DNA from: a bacterium
Lineage (GTDB): Bacteria > UBA8248
NCBI GenBank assembly: GCA_965202625.1
Contig: CBDBBI010000010.1
Location: 128,001-192,000, forward strand
Length of the DNA stretch: 64,000 bases
Direction: 5' to 3'
A model generated the notes under the pieces. It was given only the letters and a program-made list of their open reading frames with translations. It had not been told where the DNA came from and ran no database searches. This document shows positions 52,075-60,518 of this stretch, one piece after another (the stretch's first letter is position 1; each line of letters starts with the position of its first letter). The position numbers and the translations under genes were made by a program.

Positions 52075-53082
52075 ATGGCGTTATTGAAACTGCCTGCGGC
52101 CAAGGTGCAGCAAGGTGACTTGACCCTCTTTTCGACAGCGATAAAGGTCAAAGTTTTGATCCAAGTCGAGACCGCGAGTCACGTGAGCGACTCCGGCTTC
52201 AACGGCTCCTGAACCGGGCACGGGCCAAAAAGCTGGGATGAGGGGCAGGATTCTCAGGATGCGTTCCTGCCAACATCGCGACTAAAAAAACCCTTGATTT
52301 CCACGAGAGTACAAATACGATCAATTTCAACACGGATGACATTGCACCATTTAGTGTCGTGGATGGACAACATCGCTTGGAAGGTCTGAAGATGGCTGCC
52401 ATGCGAGATGATCGAGTGCTTGAATTCATGGTTCCAGTCAACATCGCTGCGGACTTACCGCCACTCCATCAAATGTGCCATTTCTTGATCGTCAACACGA
52501 CGCAGAAAAGCGTCGATAAGTCCGTGGAACAACAAATCGTGTCCCGATTGACCGAGTCCCTAGACGTTGAAAATATTCCAAACCTGCCCAAATGGATTAT
52601 GAACATCGTGGAAAGGCGGGAAGTCGACAAGGCCGTGAAACTGGTGACCTTTCTGAATGAGACCCCCGACTCTCCTTGGCGTGAACGAATAAAGATGGCT
52701 AATGACCCGTCTAGGAACAACAAGATAAATCAAAGATCATTTGTGAAGGCAATCGTTAAATACGTATTAAACGGAAATAACCCAATAGCCGTTCTGAATG
52801 ATTTTGATAAAGAGAAAAGAATATTTCTTAATTACTGGAAGGCCATCTCCACTATTTTAGATGATAATGGGAATGCATCGACATTGTATAGATACAATGG
52901 CGTGGAGTTATTTTGCCGATTTTCCATTCCATTTTTCACAAAACTTCAAGGCGATAAGAAGTTCACCATAGACGCAATGAAGGATCTGCTCTCGGTTTGT
53001 TTTGAGAACGTTGAGGGCGAGTTCGCAGGCGTTGGGCACGCCCAATGGTGGATCAGGGGTGGAAAGGCAAGTGGGTTAAACG
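52075..53082 (+). pseudogene. DGQHR-domain (DndB-like) gene remnant
   Basis: MALLKLPAAKVQQG..., frameshifted F.RLLNRARAKKL and DAFLPT, then PFSVVDGQHRLEGL and F.IVNTTQKSVD; lower GC; no own stop codon. Confidence 0.75.
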
Positions 53083-53108
53083 TCTCACTACGCTCTCTGG
53101 GTTATTCC

Positions 53109-53993
53109 ATGCGAATCACGCCTCACGTGCATTGCCTCTGGCTAGAATTTGAAATCGAGACGTCGAAGGGTGCGCGCATTCCTCGTTTGTTCGTGACGTC
53201 CTGCGTTCTCGTCGGCGATGCTCTCACCCTCGTTGATACGGGCGTCGCCTCCACCGCTCCTGCGATATTTGATTACATTGAATCCATCGACCGAAAACCC
53301 GAAGAGATAGCCCACGTCATCCATACGCATTCGCATTTCGATCATATCGGGGGCAATGGTCTGATAGCGCACAGAGCGCGCCCCAGGTTCTGGGCGTCTG
53401 GAATCGAAAAAGGAATGATTGAGGATCTGGATTATCAGAATCGCGTTCGTCCGGTGGGCAGAATGCGCGAAGCCGCGTCAGGTCCCGTGAAGGTGGATGG
53501 CCGCCTCTCGGAGGGAGACGAGATATCGCTGGGCGGGGTTCTGGTTCAAGTGCTTCATACGCCCGGCCATTCGGAGGGAAGTCTCTCTTTTTTCATTCCT
53601 GAGGATGGCGTACTCATCTGCGGCGACGTGCTGCCCGAGCCGGGGGCGCTGCCCATCTATGAGGGCGTGGCATCCACGCTGCAGAGTCTGCAGAAGCTCA
53701 AGTCCATCGGGGAGGCGAGAGTTTTGTTGTCCGCCATGAGTCGGGCCGTCTCGCGCGATGGAGCGGTTGCGGCGCATATCGAAAGCGGAGCGCGCTATAT
53801 GGGCGAAATCGACAGACTCGTTCAGGAGGCGCTGTCCCGAAGCGGGGGCGATATCTCGCCTGCAGATGCGGCGGAGTTCGTTTTTGATCGTCTGAATCTC
53901 CCGCCCTCCGGCATGATCCCCATCGTCGCGCGCAGTTTCAAGGCGCATCTTGACGAGGGGCCGATGGACGCGGGGGTTTTTTCGCTAATGTAG
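53109..53993 (+). CDS. MBL-fold metallo-hydrolase
   Basis: LVDTG, THSHFDHIGG, HTPGHSEG, ICGD; starts MRITPHVH, in frame with the upstream DGQHR remnant. Confidence 0.88.
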   Translation: MRITPHVHCLWLEFEIETSKGARIPRLFVTSCVLVGDALTLVDTGVASTAPAIFDYIESIDRKPEEIAHVIHTHSHFDHIGGNGLIAHRARPRFWASGIEKGMIEDLDYQNRVRPVGRMREAASGPVKVDGRLSEGDEISLGGVLVQVLHTPGHSEGSLSFFIPEDGVLICGDVLPEPGALPIYEGVASTLQSLQKLKSIGEARVLLSAMSRAVSRDGAVAAHIESGARYMGEIDRLVQEALSRSGGDISPADAAEFVFDRLNLPPSGMIPIVARSFKAHLDEGPMDAGVFSLM

Positions 53994-54011
53994 GACGATA
54001 AGGGGCTGGTC

Positions 54012-55301
54012 TTGCGCTTACACCTGTATTCGAAGAATTTTGATGCGCCGCTTGGGGAGAGGGGCAAAGACGACCTGTGGCGCGAGAAAATAGCCCTTTT
54101 GGATGACGCTGAGCGGTGCGCGGAATGGATAGCGCGGCATCAAGGGGGAGCGGGGAAGCCTCATTTCGCCGTCGAGCGCGCGGATATCGATCGCATGGAG
54201 GCTAGTCTGAGGCTGGCGGACGGGAAGGCGCACGTTGTCGTCGTCGGCAACGGCGGGTCGATAAGAAACGTCCGGGCCTTGTATCTGGCGCTCCTTGAGA
54301 GGGGTTTCTCCAGAAGGCTGCATTTGCTCGACGGGACGGACGTGAGCGGATTGCTTGGAGAGTTGCTGCGGTGCGATGGTGCGTTTCGGCCCGAGAATAC
54401 GCTCCTGGTTCCTGTGAGCAAGTCCGGAAACACGGAAAACGTCATTCAGGAGACCATGCTCCTGCTGAAGCGCGGCTATCCGGCGGTGGCTATCACCTCA
54501 TCTGGGCCGAGCAAACTGACTTCGATGGTCGCCGCCGCGCGACTCGAGACCTTTCCCCATCCCGACGATGTGGGCGGGCGGTTCACCGCCGCGCAGAACA
54601 ACGCGCTCCTGCCCCTTGCGCTGCTCGATGGGAACACGGTGCTCGCCAGAGAAGTTGACGCCGCTTTCGCCGACGCTCACCAAGTGCTCCGTCCCGCTTC
54701 TCCCGTCCACGAGAACATGGCGAAATATCTGGCCTTGTGCCTGTGGAGGGCGGAGAGAGTCGGTTATGGAGAGGTCTTTATGCCGATTTACGCTCACGCG
54801 CTCTCAGGCGTTGGCGAACTCATCGTTCAGCTCGTCCATGAGAGCTACTGCAAGGCCGGGCGCGGTCAGACGATTCTTCAGGCGCAAGCGCCCGAGAGCC
54901 AGCATCATACGAATCAAAGGTATTTTGGGGGTCGGGAGAGCATGGTGGGCATCTCGCTGTGCGTCGAGCGATTCGCGCAGGATGCGCACCTCGCGCGGGG
55001 GGTCACCTGCGCGGAGTTTCTTCGTCTCGAGCACGCGGGCGTCGTCCAGGAAGCCGAGGACAGGGGCACCCCCCATATGGTGCTCACGCTCGATTCCCTT
55101 GCCGTCGCCGACGTGTGCCGTCTCATTGCGCTCTGGCAGTGGGCGGCCGTTTATGGAGGCTTGCTGCGCGGCGTGAACCCCTTCGACCAGCCGGCTGTGG
55201 AGGGAAGCAAGCGCGCCACGCTCGATATGTTCGAGAGTTTCGGAGAGGAGACGAAAGCGCGCCTAGGGAGGTTCGTTCGCGACGCGGAGTATAGGTTATG
55301 A
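54012..55301 (+). CDS. pgi: glucose-6-phosphate isomerase-like SIS protein
   Basis: VGNGGS, SKSG.T, VGGRFT, QL..ES, QH...Q, GVNPFDQPAVE.SK. Confidence 0.75.
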   Translation: MRLHLYSKNFDAPLGERGKDDLWREKIALLDDAERCAEWIARHQGGAGKPHFAVERADIDRMEASLRLADGKAHVVVVGNGGSIRNVRALYLALLERGFSRRLHLLDGTDVSGLLGELLRCDGAFRPENTLLVPVSKSGNTENVIQETMLLLKRGYPAVAITSSGPSKLTSMVAAARLETFPHPDDVGGRFTAAQNNALLPLALLDGNTVLAREVDAAFADAHQVLRPASPVHENMAKYLALCLWRAERVGYGEVFMPIYAHALSGVGELIVQLVHESYCKAGRGQTILQAQAPESQHHTNQRYFGGRESMVGISLCVERFAQDAHLARGVTCAEFLRLEHAGVVQEAEDRGTPHMVLTLDSLAVADVCRLIALWQWAAVYGGLLRGVNPFDQPAVEGSKRATLDMFESFGEETKARLGRFVRDAEYRL

Positions 55302-55319
55302 GTGCCGGGCGTCTGTGTA

Positions 55320-55347
55320 CGTCATTCCGGTGAATACCGGAATCCAG
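55320..55347 (+). repeat. CGTC-tagged REP-like palindrome (left copy)
   Basis: CGTC-ATTCCGGT-GAAT-ACCGGAAT-CCAG. Confidence 0.75.
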
Positions 55348-55490
55348 AGAATTTGTCTTCTCTTTAATGCCTGTGTCCCTAGAAAGGCAAGCCCCGATAC
55401 ATTCTTTATGATTTCATATATGGGAACGTTGATGAAACCCTGCAATGTGCCATGGGTTTGAGGACGAATTTCACTGTGAAACTCATTGTA

Positions 55491-55829
55491 TCAACTGCAT
55501 CGGAGCAGAGCACGGAATTCATGTTCTATGTTACTTTCATATCTTAGGGTCAGTGCCTTTTTGTAAGTAAGGTGTTGACATAGCCAATGGTAACAACGAT
55601 CGAAAATACTGTTGAATGCTGTTTGTGCTTGTTCAGCCGCTTTAGTGCTACCCTTTCCTGTTTTCGCCCAACAGAATAACCAGCATATACTTTGAGCCCT
55701 CGCCTGCTCTTTTCCGTTCTCGTCTGTATATGTGTGCCAGCGAGTTTTGATGCCTTTCTGGCAAGTGCCGTGCTCAATTCGTGAAAGGTGCTTTCCTGCT
55801 TCTCGTGATGACACTTTCATCTCGACCAT
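55491..55829 (-). CDS. hypothetical protein (112 aa, lower GC)
   Basis: AGGAGA RBS before the ATG; open frame; no recognised motif. Confidence 0.6.
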   Translation of the reverse strand: MVEMKVSSREAGKHLSRIEHGTCQKGIKTRWHTYTDENGKEQARAQSICWLFCWAKTGKGSTKAAEQAQTAFNSIFDRCYHWLCQHLTYKKALTLRYESNIEHEFRALLRCS

Positions 55830-55897
55830 AATGTCGTCTCCTAATGTATTTTTACAAAGGCAAAATCATCCTGTTCCCCCATGTTTTCACTTCTATT

Positions 55898-56662
55898 CTA
55901 TTTGAAGCGCGCTTCGTTCAGCCGCCAATAGACATCCGTGCCTTGGAGTGAGGGGTTCTCCTTTGCTAAATCCCACGGCGTTTTGCCTTTTTCGTTTTTC
56001 GCCGCAGGGTCGGCGCCAGCTTTTAGTAATACCTCCACGATCTCCGGAATGCTGAATTCCGCTGCCGAATGTAATGGAGTCGAGCCATCCTCATCTCGCA
56101 GATTAGGATTCGCGCCAGCTTTCAGCAAAGCTCTTATGATCGCCGGATAACCCCCGCCCATTGTTCCGATCTTCGCTTTGACGCCTCTCTTCAGGGTTGC
56201 CTCGGTCAACTTGCCCTGCCGCTTAGCCGCCGCGGCTGAGTGCCCCTTTCTGAGGGCTGCCGCTTCGGCCCTTATGCCGGAGCTCGTGGCTTCAAATTGA
56301 GCGATGAAGATTGCCTCGGCTCTCGCGCCACCTGCCGCCCGATGCAAGGGCGTCAGTCCGTGCCTGTCCCGCGCGTTCACGTCCGCCCCAGCTTTCAGTA
56401 GTGTTTTTATGAGAGCTGGTTTTTTGCTGCTTCTCGCCGCTAAGTGCAGGGGCGTCCATCCCCCTCTATCCCGCTCGTTAACATTGGACCCGGCTTTCAC
56501 GCAACGAGAGACGTCCGCTGCGTTGGCGTGCTTGAAAAACTTCACACTCAGCCAGTCGTCGCACGAAGTCGCCGCGGATGCCGGTGTTCCGTGCGTCATC
56601 ACTGCGAGCCACAGACAGAATCCTGCGAAAAACATTTTGAAAATCCTTGAAAATACAAGCAT
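55898..56662 (-). CDS. secreted ankyrin repeat protein
   Basis: Signal peptide; repeats GWTPLHLAA, GLTPLHRAA, GSTPLHSAA, GKTPWDLA with LLKAGAD/N linkers. Confidence 0.9.
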   Translation of the reverse strand: MLVFSRIFKMFFAGFCLWLAVMTHGTPASAATSCDDWLSVKFFKHANAADVSRCVKAGSNVNERDRGGWTPLHLAARSSKKPALIKTLLKAGADVNARDRHGLTPLHRAAGGARAEAIFIAQFEATSSGIRAEAAALRKGHSAAAAKRQGKLTEATLKRGVKAKIGTMGGGYPAIIRALLKAGANPNLRDEDGSTPLHSAAEFSIPEIVEVLLKAGADPAAKNEKGKTPWDLAKENPSLQGTDVYWRLNEARFK

Positions 56663-56931
56663 CTCTACCCCTTTCTTGGTGATATGGATATGGGCTAGCT
56701 ACAGCTAGTCCAGTCGATGAACAACTCACGGAGCGATGGTGGATTCCCATGAAGTTGCACAAGGATATAATTTCGTATTCCACAAGAGACCCGACAACCC
56801 GACAAGAGGTTGTTCCGTGAGGTTTTCAGCGTAGGAAATAGTGGGGGATGACGTTTGAATCCGTCAAGCGGATGATAAGGAAGAAGGGTTGATGGTTTTA
56901 ATAGGATGGCTTCCGTGCAGTACGAGCAAAG

Positions 56932-56959
56932 ATAGATTCCGGCATCCGCCGGAATGACG
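56932..56959 (-). repeat. CGTC-tagged REP-like palindrome (right copy, inverted)
   Basis: Minus strand reads CGTC-ATTCCGGC-GGAT-GCCGGAAT-CTAT. Confidence 0.75.
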
Positions 56960-56986
56960 AGGCAAACCCTTCCGCGCTCTTAATCC

Positions 56987-57966
56987 TTACCCCGCCTCAT
57001 CCCCCCGATTCAGGGCCCTCAAGGGCAAGCCAAGTACCCTGGCCGAATTTTTGTGCAGCATCGTCTCGATCTCCTGGGGCTTGACGCCGTTCTCCAGTAT
57101 GAGCTGAACGAAAAAGCGCAAGCCCTCCCAGGGAGGCGCGTTGTGCAGTTGGCCGAGATCGGTGGAGAGAATCGTCCGCGCGGGGCCTACGTCTTTCACC
57201 ATTTTCGCCTGCTCCTTGGCGGATATGGGCGGAGCCTTCTTATACGTGGGGTACGCGCCCGAATAGGTGAAGCAGAAAATCGCCAGATGCTCCGATGTGC
57301 GCCCCCATTTTGGCGAACTCCACCTGCTCCTCTATGGATGCGTCCACGATGTATTCCGGGTGTTGAACGATGATGTGCTTCACTCCCTCCTTTTTCGCAA
57401 GTGTTATGAGGGTGCGTACCTCGTCGACGCTCAAGTGTCCCGTGCTCAGGCAGATTTTCGCGTCGGCGATGAGCTTGCAGATGGTTCGCACCTCTGGGTA
57501 TATTTTTTTGCGCGCCTCGTAAGCGAAGATGGCCAGCCCCTCTTCCTTGAGACGCACCCCTCGCACCTGCTTCATGCCCGGAAAATGGGGCGCTCCCAGC
57601 TTCTCGAGATGGTTCAGCGCGCTGATGGTGGGCATCCACACCATCAGCGCCCCCATCTTGATGGCGGTGTTCACCGCGAAGGGGTTGAACCCGCCCACAG
57701 GGCTGGTGAGCGTGATGCTCCCGTAGATTTCGATTGCGTCGCCGAGCACGTCCCGGGGGATGGGGATGCGGCCCGTCGTGTCTCCGTGATGGACTTTGAA
57801 CACCACCCCTCGCATCCCCACTGAAGCCGCGCCGCGCACACACTCAATGTGGTCGCAGACGCGCGGAAACAGGTTGGGCGCCGCGTGGATGTGGGTATCG
57901 ATTGCGCCGTGAAGCAGCCAGTGCGCTCCGTCCAGGTAGATTTGTGTTTTCGTGGAGATACTCGTG
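56987..57966 (-). pseudogene. DUF6282/amidohydrolase-like gene with +1 frameshift near 57292 and no clear start codon
   Basis: GAIDTHIHAAP..FPR, GM.GVV.K.H, VWMPT, LSTGHL, HPE, then shifted EHL...ILSTDLGQ..N. Confidence 0.75.
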
Positions 57967-58239
57967 GGTGCGGTGATCGAACCTCGCACTCCACCATGGC
58001 CATTGCCGCAAGCGGGGGCCGAGGAAGTTTTGCGGGCGATGGACAAGATTGGCGGCGCGCCCGTGAGCTGGATGCGGCGCGCGGTGGAGGAAGTCGGCGC
58101 AGATCCGCTGCTCATCGGTTCCTGTTGGCCGGAGAGCGAGCCGGTATCTATTTTTTCGCAGGTTGAGAGTCTGGGCCCGTCCGCCGGGGATGAGGATAAA
58201 ATTCTGGTTGGCACGGCAAGAAGATTGTTCGGGCTGTAA
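57952..58239 (+). pseudogene. internally deleted amidohydrolase_2-type gene remnant
   Basis: N-terminal-like AEEVLRAMDKIG joined directly to C-terminal-like AVEEVGAD.LLIGS.WP...KILVGTARRLFGL. Confidence 0.5.
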
Positions 58240-58484
58240 TGGAAAAAATGGGTGGAAAGGTTTTCGGAACGCTCCCCCGCATTCGCGGGTCGCTCTCGCT
58301 CCTCCTTGCGAGAAAGTGGGGCAGAGCATTTTTTTTGCATAAGGCCCGCTAGGCTATGAAAATGTGGAGCAGGTGGGTTATTCTTTCCTGCGCTCGCCGC
58401 CGGGCCGGGACGTCGATGAGCGGAACGCCTGCCGGGGATGATTGCGTATTTTTGCTCAAACGACTCTGAGAGGAGTTAGGTTGG

Positions 58485-59294
58485 ATGAAGATCGGCTACG
58501 TGGTCGCCACGCCTGACGTCACGACGCCCCTGATGCCCGCGGTGCGAGGCGCGTTCAAGGAGAATCTCTCGTTTTTGAAGAGCTTGGGTTTTGATGGCGT
58601 CGAACTTGCAGTTCGGGACGCAGAGGCTTTTGAGCAGGACGCGCTGTGCAGCGCGCTGGAGGAATCGGGTCTTGAGGTTTCCCTCATCGGCACGGCGCCG
58701 ATATCTTATCAGGACAAGATTGAATTGTGTCATCCGAGCACCAACACGCGCGCTCAGGCCTTGGAGCGTCTCTTCACGCATATCGACTTCGCCGGCGCGC
58801 TTGGCTGCCCAGTGAACATTGGCCGCTTCCGGGGGAACCTCCTGGATGGAGAGCGAAGAGAGGAATCCGAAGTCTGGATGTGGGACGCGCTCAGGGCGGG
58901 CGCGGACAGGGCGGCCGAGCGCGGCGTTCGCATGTTGTTCGAGCCCCATCACCGTTTCAACACGAACTTCGTGCGCTCCACGCAGGAGGGTTTGGCGTTT
59001 CTTGATAAGATGAACCACGAGGCACTGGGTTTGTTGATAGACAGCTTTCACATGAACATTGAGGATGCCTCCTTCGCCGCCTCAATCCGCGAGGCGGGGG
59101 AAAGAATCGATTATTTTCATGTCGCCGACAACACGCGCACCTATCCGGGTTCCGGCCATATTCCCTTTGATGAGATCATCGCCGCGCTCAGGGAAGTGGG
59201 CTATTCGGGTTATCTCTCCGCCCAACTCGCCCAGAAGCCCGATTTCGAGACGGCGGCGACCAGGACAATGGAATATCTCAGGGCGCGCCTTTGA
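58485..59294 (+). CDS. sugar phosphate isomerase/epimerase (TIM barrel)
   Basis: GFDGVEL, FEP.HRF, DSFHMNIE, FHVADN.R.YPGSGH. Confidence 0.9.
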   Translation: MKIGYVVATPDVTTPLMPAVRGAFKENLSFLKSLGFDGVELAVRDAEAFEQDALCSALEESGLEVSLIGTAPISYQDKIELCHPSTNTRAQALERLFTHIDFAGALGCPVNIGRFRGNLLDGERREESEVWMWDALRAGADRAAERGVRMLFEPHHRFNTNFVRSTQEGLAFLDKMNHEALGLLIDSFHMNIEDASFAASIREAGERIDYFHVADNTRTYPGSGHIPFDEIIAALREVGYSGYLSAQLAQKPDFETAATRTMEYLRARL

Positions 59295-59319
59295 GCCGCG
59301 ACTTTTGGGGAGCGAAACG

Positions 59320-60081
59320 ATGATGGAGCAATTCCGTATGGATGGTCGCGTCGCCATCGTTACGGGCGGCACGTCCGGCATCGGCCTGGCGATAGGCAAA
59401 GCGCTCGCGCGCTCAGGCGCGCGCGTCGTTCTCGCGGGCCGCTCCCCGGAGCGGGGAAGCGAGGCACTCGGGGCCTTCCGGACGGATAATCTGACTGCGC
59501 AGTTCCACCCTTGCGATGTTGCGGACACAGAGTCGGTCTCCGGCCTGGTGAGGGCGGCGGCGCGCGAGGGGAAGCTTCACACCTTGGTGCACAGCGCGGC
59601 GATGAACATCGTGAAGTCCGCTCTCGATCACACGCCCGAGGACGTGGATGCGCTTTTGGCCTCCAACGTGCGCGGGGCTTTTTTTTGCGCACAAGAAGCC
59701 GCCAGGGTCATGATATCCGAGGGCGGCGGAAAAATCGTTCTTCTCACCTCCATGGTGGCTGAGCGCGCGGTGCCGAACCAGTCCGCGTACATCGCTACCA
59801 AGGGCGCTCTTGTCTCTCTCGTGCGCGCGCTGGCACTCGAATGGGCACCGCATGGGGTTCAGGTGAACGCCCTAGGGCCGCAACTCACACGCACGCCGAT
59901 GACGGCGGGCCTGTTCGCAAACCCCGAGAAGATGAGCGAAGTATTCGCGCGTACTCCGGCGGGACGCGCCGGCACGCCCGATGACGTTGCGGGGGCCGCG
60001 CTTTTCCTGTGCTCCGCCGCTTCGAATTACCTCACCGGACAGCACATCGTGGTGGACGGCGGCCGGGGCGCCGTCGGCTGA
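59320..60081 (+). CDS. SDR family oxidoreductase
   Basis: IVTGGTSGIG, YIATKG, VQVNALGP, TGQ..VVDGG. Confidence 0.92.
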   Translation: MMEQFRMDGRVAIVTGGTSGIGLAIGKALARSGARVVLAGRSPERGSEALGAFRTDNLTAQFHPCDVADTESVSGLVRAAAREGKLHTLVHSAAMNIVKSALDHTPEDVDALLASNVRGAFFCAQEAARVMISEGGGKIVLLTSMVAERAVPNQSAYIATKGALVSLVRALALEWAPHGVQVNALGPQLTRTPMTAGLFANPEKMSEVFARTPAGRAGTPDDVAGAALFLCSAASNYLTGQHIVVDGGRGAVG

Positions 60082-60518
60082 CTTTTTATGATGCGTGGCA
60101 GGTTCTGAGCACCCTTTCATGTGTCTTGCCTTCGTCAAACAGCGCCTGTTCTTTTTTTGCGTCCCCTTAAGGGTTGTCCAATCGCTGTCCTGCTCTCTAG
60201 GACGCTCGTGTCGTTTCAGGGAAGGCCGACGACCAGGAAGGATGCTCTTTTCTTTCGCGCGAGCGGACGCCCTCAAGGCCGAATACGCATATTTCCTCTG
60301 GGGGGATGATCAGCAAACCGCTCTGCAAGCGCGAGAAGGGAAAAGGGCGTAGAGTCGAGCAATTTCTAGGGACTGACGTATCCCGCTTTTTGAACGTGAG
60401 AAGCGACGTCCGGCTCCGTCAGGCGCGCACGCTCATGCGTCCTCTGCGAACGTCGTCTCTCGGTGGGTGACGTCTGCCGAGCGACGCTATCGCCTTCTTT
60501 ATGATGTTCTCTCCCGTA

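Noticed and set aside
60090-60500. Unassigned 400-bp gap between the SDR and CocE genes
   Set aside because: No recognisable ORF, RNA motif or repeat.
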